Source: Eledone cirrhosa | Lineage: Eukaryota | NCBI GenBank assembly: GCA_964016885.1 | Contig: OZ024745.1 | Coordinates: forward strand, 84,692,001-84,756,000 | Reading direction: 5' to 3' | Length of the DNA: 64,000 bases | Part shown: piece after piece, positions 29,301 to 40,797 of the stretch | Layout of the letters: each line of letters starts with the position of its first letter | Position numbering within the stretch: position 1 is the stretch's first letter | Translations under genes and position numbers: made by a program | Notes under the pieces: model-generated | What the model saw: the letters and a program-made list of their open reading frames with translations, nothing else | Databases searched by the model: none | Told to the model about the DNA's origin: nothing

Positions 29301-32300
29301 GTTGGCAGATATACTAATTCTTTATATTTATCTCCAAATTGTTTGTTGAGAAAAACTTGCCGAAATTACTACTATGGTTCATGGTAGTAGTTAGGCTCTT
29401 GTCTTATTAGCACCCCACTCCCCACTGTTTAACCTCAGTTTCACGTGATTGATTCATTTGAATTTGCCACTGACCAGGTACGCAGTGAATTTTTTCAATG
29501 TCCTAGAATTTAGTCCCCGCTCGCTTTTTTCCATCCACTGAATTATTTTTATATAAGTTCCCTGTGTCCACGCATTGCCTGAGTGCTTAGCTGAGAATAG
29601 ACTTCCTGATGACGTAAGGATTCTCTCAGTACGTTACGTAACCATATTTAATCCCTTACAGACACTAATTAGTTGGAGTGAAATATTAGTAAGTAAGTTA
29701 ATTTTCATAATTTTCTTATTTTACGGCTTTCATATAATTGTTCTGCATCCCATTGCATAGAACCACAAAGTTACTAAGACAAAACATATATATTTGCTAG
29801 CATATGTATGCATCCGTATACATATGTTGGCAGATATACTAATTCTTTATATTTATCTCCAAATTGTTTGTTGAGAAAAACTTGCCGAAATTACTACTAT
29901 GGTTCATGGTAGTAGTTAGGCTCTTGTCTTATTAGCACTCCACTCTCACTGATTAACCTCAGTGTCACGTGATTGATTCTTTTGAATTTGCCACTGACCA
30001 AGTAGGCAGTGAATTTTTTCAATGTCCTGGAATTTAGTCCCCGCTCGCTTTTTTCCATCCACTGAATTATTTTTATATAAGTTCCCTGTGTCCACGCATT
30101 GCCTGGGTGCTTAGATGAGAATAGACTCCCTGATGACGTAAGGATTCTCTATGGGTACGTTACGTAAACATATTTATTCCCTTACAGAAACTAATTAGTT
30201 GGAGTGGAATTTTAGTAAGTAAGTTAATTTTTATAATTTTCTTATTTTACGTCTTTCATATAATTATTCTGCATCCCCTTGCATAGAACCACAAAGTTAC
30301 TAAGACAAAACATATATATTTGCTAGCATAGGTATGCATCTGTATACATATGTTGGTAGATATACTAATTCTTTATATTTATCTCCAAATTATTTGTTGA
30401 GCAAAACTTGTCGAAATTACTACTATGGTTCATGGTAGTAGTTAGGCTCTTGTCTTATTAGCACTCCATTCCCCACTGTTTAACCTCAGTTTCACGTGAT
30501 TGATTCTTTTGAATTTGCCACTGACCAGGTACGCAGTGAATTTTTTCAATGTCCTAGAATTTAGACCCGCTCGCTTTTTTCCATCCACTGAATTATTTTT
30601 ATATAAGTTCCCTGTGTCCACGCATTGCCTGAGTGCTTAGCTGAGAATAGACTCCCCGATGACGTAAGGATTCTCTATCGGTACGTTACGTAGCCATATT
30701 AATTACCATACAGAAACTAATTATTTGGAGTGAAATATAAGTAAGTAAGTTAATTTTTATAATTTTCTTATTTTACGTCTTTCATATAATTGTTCTGCAT
30801 CCCATTGCATAGAACCACAAAGTTACTAAGACAAAACATATATATTTGCTAGCATATGTATGCATCCGTATACATATGTTGGCAGATTTACTAATTCTTT
30901 ATATTTATCTCCAAATTATTTGTTGAAAAAAACTTGCCGAAATTACTACTATGGTTCATGGTAGTAGTTAGGCTCTTGTCTTATTAGCACTCCACTCTCA
31001 CTGATTAACCTCAGTGTCACGTGATTGATTCTTTTGAATTTGCCACTAACCAAGTAGGGAGTGAATTTTTTCAATGTCCTGGAATTTAGTCCCCGCTCTC
31101 TTTTTTCCATCCACTGAATTATTTTTTATATAAGTTCCCTGTGTCCACGCATTGCCTGGGTGCTTAGCTGAGAATAGACTCCCTGATGACGTAAGGATTC
31201 TCTATGGGTACGTTACGTAACCATATTTATTCCCTTACAGAAACTAATTAGTTGGAGTGAAATATTAGTAAGTAAGTTAATTTTCATAATTTTCTTATTT
31301 TACATCTTTCATATCCCCTTGCATAGAACCACAAAGTTACTAAGACAAAACATATATATTTGCTAGCATATGTATGCATCCGTATACATATGTTGGCAGA
31401 TATACTAAATCTTTATATTTATCTCCAAATTTTTTGTTGAGAAAAACTTGCCGAAATTACTACTATGGTTCATGGTAGTAGTTAGGCTCTTGTCTTATTA
31501 GCACTCCACTCTCACTGATTAACCTCAGTGTCACGTGATTGATTCTTTTGAATTTGCCACTGACCAAGTAGGGAGTGAATTTTTTCAATGTCCTGGAATT
31601 TAGTCCCCGCTCGCTTTTTTCCATCCACTGAATTATTTTTATATAAGTTCCCTGTGTCCACGCATTGCCTGGGTGCTTAGGTGAGAATAGACTCCCTGAT
31701 GACGTAAGGATTCTCTATGGGCACGTTACGTAACCATATTTATTCCCTTACAGAAACTAATTAGTTGGAGTGGAATTTTAGTAAGTAAGTTAATTTTTAT
31801 AATTTTCTTATTTTACGTCTTTCATATAATTGTTCTGCATCCCCTTGCATAGAACCACAAAGTTACTAAGACAAAACATATATATTTGCTAGCATAGGTA
31901 TGCATCTGTATACATATGTTGGTAGATATACTAATTCTTTATATTTATCTCCAAATTATTTGTTGAGAAAAACTTGCCGAAATTACTACTATGGTTCATG
32001 GTAGTAGTTAGGCTCTTGTCTTATTAGCACTCCATTCCCCACTGTTTAACCTCAGTTTCACGTGATTGATTCTTTTGAATTTGCCACTGACCAGGTACGC
32101 AGTGAATTTTTTCAATGTCCTAGAATTTAGACCCGCTCGCTTTTTTCCATCCACTGAATTATTTTTATATAAGTTCCCTGTGTCCACGCATTGCCTGAGT
32201 GCTTAGCTGAGAATAGACTCCCCGACGACGTAAGGTTTCTCTATGGGTACGTTACGTAGCCATATTAATTACCTTACAGAAACTAATTATTTGGACTGAA

Positions 32301-34561
32301 ATATAAGTAAGTAAGTTAATTTTCATAATTTTCTTATTTTACGTCTTTCATATAATTGTTCTGCATCCCATTGCATAGAAGCACAAAGTTACTAAGACAA
32401 AACATATATATTTGCTAGCATATATATGCATCCGTATACATATGTTGGCAGATATACTAATTCTTTATATTTATCTCCAAATTATTTGTTGAGAAAAACT
32501 TGCGGAAATTACTACTATGGTTCATGGTAGTAGTTAGGCTCTTGTCTTATTAGCACTCCACTCTCACTGATTAACCTCAGTGTCACGTGATTGATTCTTT
32601 TGAATTTGCCACTGACCAAGTAGGCAGTGAATTTTTCAATGTCCTGGAATTTAGTCCCCGCTCGCTTTTTTCCATCCACTGAATTATTTTTATATAAGTT
32701 CCCTGTGTCCACGCATTGCCTGGGTGCTTAGCTGAGAATAGACTCCCTGATGACGTAAGGATACTCTAGGGTACGTTACGTAACCATATTTATTCCTTTA
32801 CAGAAACTAATTAGTGGGAGTGAAATATTAGTAAGTAAGTTAATTTTCATAATTTTCTTATTTTACATCTTTCATATAATTGTTCTGCATTCCCTTGCAT
32901 AGAACCACAAAGTTACTAAGACAAAACATATATATTTGCTAGCATATGTATGCATCCGTATACATATGTTGGCAGATATACTAATTCTTTATATTTATCT
33001 CCAAATTATTTGTTGAGAAAAACTTGCCGAAATTACTACTATGGTTCATGGTAGTAGTTAGGCTCTTGTCTTATTAGCACTCCACTCTCACTGATTAACC
33101 TTAGTGTCACGTGATTGATTCTTTTGAATTTGCCACTGACCAAGTAGGCAGTGAATTTTTTCAATGTCCTGGAATTTAGTCCCTGCTCGCTTTTTTCCAT
33201 CCACTGAATTATTTTTATATAAGTTCCCTGTGTCCACGTATTGCCTGGGTGCTTAGCTGAGAATAGACTCCCTGATGACGTAAGGATTCTCTATGGGTAC
33301 GTTACGTAACCATATATATTCCCTTACAGACACTAATTAGTTGGAGTGAAATATTAGTAAGTTAATTTTCATAATTTTCTTATTTTACGGCTTTCATATA
33401 ATTGTTCTGCATCCCATTGCATAGAACCACAAAGTTACTAAGACAAAACATATATTTGCTAGCATATGTATGCATCCGTATACATATTTTGGCAGATATA
33501 CTAATTCTTTATATTTACCTCCAAATTATTTGTTGAGAAAAACTTGCCGAAATTACTACTATGGTTCATGGTAGTAGTTAGGCTCTTGTCTTATTAGCAC
33601 TCCACTCTCACTGATTAACCTCAGTGTCACGTGATTGATTCTTTTGAATTTGCCACTGACCAAGTAGGGAGTGAATTTTTTCAATGTCCTGGAATTTAGT
33701 CCCCGCTCGCTTTTTTCCATCCACTGAATTATTTTTATATAAGTTCCCTGTGTCCACGCATTGCCTGGGTGCTTAGATGAGAATAGACTGCCTGATGACG
33801 TAAGGATTCTCTATTGGTACGTTACGTAACCATATTTATTCCCTTACAGAAACTAATTATTTGGAGAGAAATATAAGTAAGTAAGTTAATTTTCATAATT
33901 TTCTTATTTTACGTCTTTCATATAATTGTTCTGCATCCCATTGCATAGAACCACAAAGTTACTAACACAAAATATATATATTTGCTAGCATAGGTATGCA
34001 TCTGTATACATATGTTGGTAGATATACTAATTCTTTATATTTTTATCTCCAAATTATTTGTTGAGCAAAACTTGCCGAAATTACTACTATGGTTCATGGT
34101 GGTAGTTAGGGTCTTGTCTTATTAGCACTCCACTCCTCACTGATTAACCTCAGTGTCACGTGATTGATTCTTTTGAATTTGCCACTGACCAAGTAGGCAG
34201 TGAATTTTTTCAATGTCCTGGAATTTAGTCCCCGCTCGCTTTTTTCCATCCACTGATTTATTTTTATATAAGTTCCCTGTGTCCACGTATTGCCTGGGTG
34301 CTTAGCTGAGAATAGACTTTCTGATGACGTAAGGATTCTCTATGGGTACGTTACGTAACCATATTTATTCCCTTACAGACACTAATTAGTTGGAGTGAAA
34401 TATTAGTAAGTAAGTTAATTTTCATAATTTTCTTATTTTACGTCTTTCATATAATTGTTCTGCATCCCCTTGCATAGAACCACAAAATTACTAAGACAAA
34501 ACATATATATTTGCTAGCATAGGTATGGATCTGTATACATATGTTGGTAGATATACTAATT

Positions 34562-34564
<3 letters not shown>

Positions 34565-34628
<64 letters not shown>

Positions 34629-35071
34629 AAGCTCTGTTACCTACATAGAGCACTTATTTTTCCTGGACTTTTCCGACGGAATTATTTTATTTATATGTAT
34701 ATATATATATGTGTATATATATATATATATGTATATATATACATGTATATATATATGTATATATATATGTGTATATATATATGTATATATATATATGTAT
34801 ATATATATGTATATATATATATGTATATATATATATATGTATATATATATATGTTGTATATGTATATATATGTTTATGTATATATGTATGTATATGTATA
34901 TGTATGTATATGTATATATATATGTTTATGTATATATATATATATCTATATGTATATATATATGTATATATGTATATGTATAGATATATGTATATGTATA
35001 TATGTATATATATGTATATATATATGTATATATATATCTATATCTATGTATATATATATATATATATATAC
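34565..35071. repeat. (TA)n / (TATG)n microsatellite containing a ~70-bp island at 34625-34695
   Basis: Direct reading. Confidence 0.95.
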
Positions 35072-35074
35072 ATG

Positions 35075-35760
35075 AACGGAAAAAATGAAACGAAATTTCA
35101 TTTCCCACTCCTGGTACGGTTGTTACTTAAATATAAGCATGTACACGTACATACATATATGTATACAGACGTATAGTAGTATGTATATATATATACATAC
35201 ATGCACACATATATATATGTACGTATGGATTCACCGAACATTTATTATAATGCTCGGTGTGTTTGTAAACAAACATTCCGTATTAAGCCGTAGTGTCCAG
35301 CAACCATCGTTGCTCGTTTGTTCAACACTGACAAAGGAATGCTGTACTAGTTGTAAGCTTATTAGCTATCATCAGCAACGTATACCTTCCTTCCAGATTG
35401 TTGAACGTATATACTTACGTTATGCATATTAACGGCTGAGTAGCCCAATTTGCATTTCGAGTGGGATAATTGGCCGGGTGCAGCGAAAACGATAAACGGA
35501 AAAAATGAAACCAAATTTTAATTTCCCACTCTTAGTACGGCTGTTACTTAAATATAAGTATGTACACGTACATACATATATGTATACAGACGTACAGTAG
35601 TATGTATATATATATACATACATGCACACATATATATATGTACGTATGGATTCACCGAACATTTATTATAATGCTCGGTGTGTTTGTAAACAAACATCCC
35701 GTATTAAGCCGTAGTGTCCAGCAACCATCGTTGTTCGTTTGTTCAATACTGACAGAGGAA
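35075..35760. repeat. ~420-bp direct repeat, ~1.6 copies, family unknown
   Basis: aacggaaaaaatgaaac...ctgaca(a/g)aggaat starts at ~35075 and again at ~35495. Confidence 0.9.
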
Positions 35761-35868
35761 TATATATGTGTGCATGTATGTATATATATATACATATTAC
35801 TGTATATATATGTATATATCTGTATATATATATGTATATATATGTATATATATGTATATATATATAAC

Positions 35869-36053
35869 TGTTTCTACTTTAGGCACAAGGCCAGCAATTA
35901 CCCAGTGTATTACTGGTACTTTATTTTATCGACCCGTAAGGATGAAAGGCAGAGTTAACCTCGGCGGGATTTGAACTCAGAATGGCAAGGGCCGTAACTC
36001 TATGCGTCAAAGCATGGCGTCCGACCCTCTACCGATACTGCCAATCCACCGCC
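35869..36053 (-). mobile_element. tRNA-derived SINE resembling octopod SINEs
   Basis: The minus strand has an A box TGGCAGTATCGG, a B box GAGTTCAAATCC and a central gcctttcatcctt..gggtcgataaaataaagtaccag segment. A second copy lies at 51883-52063. Confidence 0.85.
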
Positions 36054-36335
36054 ATATGTATATATATATATAACGGCGATGAATTAGTTTTGCGAGGTTT
36101 TTTATATGAAATCGTCTGTCGAAACAAATATTGTTATACTTGGGGAGGGTCATATTTGTGTAATATTGCCTGAATTAATAACAGAACACAATCACTGTTT
36201 GGTTGGTTTTTGCTTTTCGTTTCTGTGTCTTTTATATCGGTAATCTAATTTATTCGGTCCTCAATGTTGCCATTTACTGACCAACGGTCAAAAATAATAC
36301 AGATACAATATAGACACAAACACATATATATAGTT

Positions 36336-36379
36336 TATCAAAGTTCTTTCGTTGCACATCTGCAACATCGTCAGTGGTG
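36336..36379 (-). ncRNA. Degenerate minimal hammerhead in the PLE pseudo-LTR
   Basis: The minus strand reads CTGACGA-T-GTTGCA-gatg-TGCAAC-GAAA-GAACTT. Stem I is weak. The inverted copy at ~38040 has a mutated core (CAGACGC). Confidence 0.55.
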
Positions 36380-36618
36380 CTATTGTTTCCTCCCGTTACA
36401 TTGTATGTCTATGCCATCTTTATTTAGTCTGTTTATATATTTATTTATTTGTTTGTTTTTTTATTTTATTTTGTCTTCTTTGCGCATGCGTTTGCGTGTG
36501 TGTATAGTGTTTTGTTTGATGTGTGTTCGTGATTGGGTGACTGTGTATTGGTTAATGTATTCTATCTTTACTAGTGTGTGTTTATATGTGTTTGTTGTTA
36601 TTGTGCTTGTGTATGTAT

Positions 36619-36646
<28 letters not shown>

Positions 36647-36649
<3 letters not shown>

Positions 36650-37539
36650 TACTTCTCTTAGTTCAGTGTTGTTTGTTTGGGTGTATTTGTTATTCCATTC
36701 ATTCTTTCTCTTTACCTTGGCCTTCTAAGTTCTATTTCACTGGCGTCTCTGATTTGCCTATCTGCTGGGTCATTTCTATGTTTAGATATTATTCTAATTT
36801 CTATGTTACCGTTGTGTTGTTGTCTGGCATGTTCGTATAGTACTGACCCGTTTTTCGTCCTTTTAGTTCCCCACAGTGTTGGTCTATCCTTTCACCTATG
36901 CTACAAGCTGTCTCGCCTATGTATGTTGTTGTAATGTTTCTGTAAGTACCCTCTGTACATCTTATGCTATAGACTACGTTTCTAGTTTTACAGTTTATCC
37001 GGGATTTTACCTTACATATGATACATTTCCTATTAGTACAGTGGGTTTTCTTAAAAGGGTAGGTTTTGCTGATCAGGGATTTTATAGTGGTTCCTGGCTT
37101 TTCTACCACCTTAATCTTTAAGTGGGTCTTTCTCAGGGCTTTTCTACACTGGTTAGCTAATTTCCCTCCAGGGCTAGCGTCCACAAACATGACACTCTGG
37201 TATCTCTGGTTGTCGTACCATGAGGTGGCTTTCCCTATCTTATGTCTAGCCCTAACTAAGCTATTCCATGATATGCTCCTGTATAATGGGCAAATTCCTT
37301 TCATGTCCCGTTCTATGAGGGTCTTATACTTCTCCATAGCTTCTTCGTATACTCTGACTCTGTCTCTTTGGTCGTAGCCAGAGAACTGCATGCGGTTGAT
37401 GAAGTGTTGGATGTGTCTTTCAATTTCTCTTGGGTCGGACATGCGGGACACATTCTTCATCACTCGTCCCAAATCTGCGATCAGAATATTAAACTTAGCA
37501 CTACTGGACATTGCTGAGTTTTTGAGTATCAGGTATTTG
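36647..37539 (-). pseudogene. PLE RT C-terminus plus GIY-YIG endonuclease, frameshifted
   Basis: ORF 36801-37511 contains RMQFSGY and CxxxxCxxC..CKTRNVVYSIRC..YIGETACSIGERIDQH. The C-terminus (..LNRKNEW in the inverted copy) is in another frame. Confidence 0.9.
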
Positions 37540-38193
37540 AAAGGGATGACTTCATGAGCGTCATCCGACTATACGAATATGCCAGACAACAACACAACGG
37601 TAACATAGACAACATAGAAATTAGAATAATATCTAAACATAGAAATGACCCAGCAGATAGGCAAATCAGAGAGGCCAGTGAAATAGAACTTAGAAGGCCA
37701 AGGCTAAACAGAAAGAATGAATGGAATAACAACAACACCCAAACAAACAGCACTGACTTAAGAGAAGTATAAATAAATAAATAGATAAATAAATATATAA
37801 ATACATACACAAGCACAATAACAACAAACACATATAAACACACACTCGTAAAGATAGAATACATTAACCAATACACAGTCACCCAATCACGAACACACAT
37901 CAAACAAAACACTATACACACACGCAAACGCATGCGCAAAGAAGACAAAATAAAATAAACAAACAACAAATAAATAAATATATAAACAGACTAAATAAAG
38001 ATGGCGTAGACATACAATGCAACGGGAGGAAACAATAGCACCACAGACGCTGTTGCATATGTGCAACGAAAGAACTTTGATAAACTATATATATGTGTTC
38101 GTGTCTATATTGTATCAGTATTATTTTTGACCGTTGGTCAGTAAATGGCAACATTGAGGCCCGAATAAATTAGATTTCCGATATAAAAGACAC

Positions 38194-38723
<530 letters not shown>

Positions 38724-38930
38724 AGTATTAAGGATACTATTTATGGTTATGAATGTAATAAAACCTTTTATGGTTATATATTTTTTATACAAACCCTAAA
38801 TAGTGAAAGATAGTCATTAATTACTATCTTATTACCAGTAAGATAAATAGCTCAATGTAATAACATCGGTTGTTTTACAGAGCAGTTATATAGAGATTAC
38901 AATAATCAAAGTTCAGTTTAAATCATTTAT

Positions 38931-38979
38931 TTGCTTACAATTGTTTCCTCCAAACCGAGGTTTGGATTCTTCTGAGCAA
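38931..38979 (-). ncRNA. Hammerhead variant in the inverted pLTR
   Basis: Reverse complement of 40496-40544. Confidence 0.7.
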
Positions 38980-39121
38980 CTATTTAGTGATCTATAACAT
39001 ACTTGACCTCCTTTTCAACACAAGAGACATATAAAAACATATGCACATATTGATCCACAGTGGGATGACATCCATCAAAATGATATAGCATGGCAATTTA
39101 CATATAAAGGTTAAAGGATAA

Positions 39122-39981
39122 AGATAAAAATAAAAATAAAAATAAAAATAAAAATAAAAATAAAAATAAAAATAAAAATAAAAATAAAAATAAAAATAAA
39201 AATAAAAATAAAAATAAAAATAAAAATAAAAATAAAAATAAAAATAAAAATAAAAATAAAAATAAAAATAAAAATAAAAATAAAAATAAAAATAAAAATA
39301 AAAATAAAAATAAAAATAAAAATAAAAATAAAAATAAAAATAAAAATAAAAATAAAAATAAAAATAAAAATAAAAATAAAAATAAAATTAAAAATAAAAA
39401 TAAAAATAAAAGTAAAAATAAAAATAAAAATAAAAATAAAAATAAAAATAAAAATAAAAATAAAAATAAAAATAAAAATAAAAATAAAAATAAAAATAAA
39501 AATAAAAATAAAAATAAAAGTAAAAGTAAAAATAAAAATAAAAAAAAAAAAAATAAATAAAAATAAAAATAAAAATAAAAATAAAAATAAAAATAAAAAT
39601 AAAAATAAAAATAAAAATAAAAATAAAAATAAAAATAAAAATAAAAATAAAAATAAAAATAAAAATAAAAATAAAAATAAAAATAAAAAAAATAAAAATA
39701 AAAATAAAAATAAAAATAAAAATAAAAATAAAAATAAAAATAAAAATAAAAATAAAAATAAAAATAAAAATAAAAATAAAAATAAAAATAAAAATAAAAA
39801 TAAAAATAAAAATAAAAATAAAAATAAAAATAAAAATAAAAATAAAAATAAAAATAAAAATAAAAATAAAAATAAAAATAAAAATAAAAATAAAAATAAA
39901 AATAAAAATAAAAATAAAAATAAAAATAAAAATAAAAATAAAAATAAAAATAAAATTAAAAATAAAAATAAAAATAAAAAT
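39122..39981. repeat. (TAAAAA)n hexamer microsatellite, ~140 units, inside the inverted pLTR
   Basis: Direct reading. Confidence 0.97.
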
Positions 39982-40225
39982 GAAGCATCGGCAGTCTATG
40001 AAGATAAAGCAAGAGGAAAGTTTAGAGTAGTGAGTGTATGAAACAATCTCACGTGTAGGATGCACGCGTGTCTTATACAGGATTAGAGTGCGTCAGAATG
40101 TTACTTGCAGAATGTTACTGCTTCAACTGCCTGACCCTCAGGCAGTTGAAGCAGGCAATCGATATTATTATGTGGGCTGAATTATTAAATCATTTTTTCG
40201 CATACACCTGTATGATATAATTCTG

Positions 40226-40233
40226 TATAAATA
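40226..40233 (+). promoter_or_regulatory. Possible TATA box at the pLTR start (also 44941-44948)
   Basis: TATAAATA lies at the 5' edge of the direct pLTR, upstream of the hammerhead and ORF. The AT-rich context weakens the call. Confidence 0.3.
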
Positions 40234-40495
40234 AGATACGCGTGCATGCTACACGTGAGATTGTTTCTCACACTGACTACTCTAATCTTTCCTCTTGCTT
40301 TATCTTCATAGACTGCCAATGCTTCATTTTTATTTTTATTTTTATTTTTATCTTTATCCTTTAACCTTTATATGTAAATTGCCATGCTATATCATTTTGA
40401 TGGATGTCATCCCACTGTGGATCAATATGTGCATATGTTTTTATATGTCTCTTGTGTTGAAAAGGAGGTCAAGTATGTTATAGATCACTAAATAG

Positions 40496-40544
40496 TTGCT
40501 CAGAAGAATCCAAACCTCGGTTTGGAGGAAACAATTGTAAGCAA
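40496..40544 (+). ncRNA. Type I hammerhead variant (core CAGAAGA) in the 5' pLTR
   Basis: TTGCT-CAGAAGA-A-TCCAAACC-tc-GGTTTGGA-G-GAAAC-AATT-GTA-AGCAA, with stem I TTGCT/AGCAA and palindromic stem III ACAATTGT. Confidence 0.72.
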
Positions 40545-40797
40545 ATAAATGATTTAAACTGAACTTTGATTATTGTAATCTCTATATAACTGCTCTGTAA
40601 AACAACCGATGTTATTACATTGAGCTATTTATCTTACTGGTAATAAGATAGTAATTAATGACTATCTTTCACTATTTAGGGTTTGTATAAAAAATATATA
40701 ACCATAAAAGGTTTTATTACATTCATAACCATAAATAGTATCCTTAATACTAATAACTGCTCCATATTGTTCAGCTGATATACAATAAATTACCTGC

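Larger units (their letters stand above)
1..34568 (+). repeat. Satellite 1: tandem array of ~522-530 bp monomers (~66 copies), running off the window start
   Basis: The anchor ttcttttgaatttgccactg recurs at 1, 523, 1046, 1574 and onward to ~34170. Copies differ only by scattered SNPs and small indels. The array ends at ...ctaattctttata, running into (TA)n. Confidence 0.99.
36073..38193 (-). mobile_element. 5'-truncated PLE (Neptune/Nematis-like) with an inverted 3'-end copy
   Basis: RT-thumb and GIY-YIG coding sequence on the minus strand. 37567-38193 is the reverse complement of ~36224-36840. Both ends abut (TA)n. Confidence 0.9.

Noticed and set aside
443-32712. 61-78 aa ORFs in satellite 1
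   Set aside because: They are open in only a few monomers through chance indels or SNPs and show no recognisable domain.
1-34568. CRISPR array or rDNA/5S/snRNA tandem cluster
   Set aside because: There are no unique spacers, and I see no rRNA, snRNA or tRNA similarity or Pol III boxes in the monomer.
35345-35380. Minus-strand CTGATGA-T-AGCT-aata-AGCT as a hammerhead
   Set aside because: No GAAA follows the stem, and there is no stem I or III.
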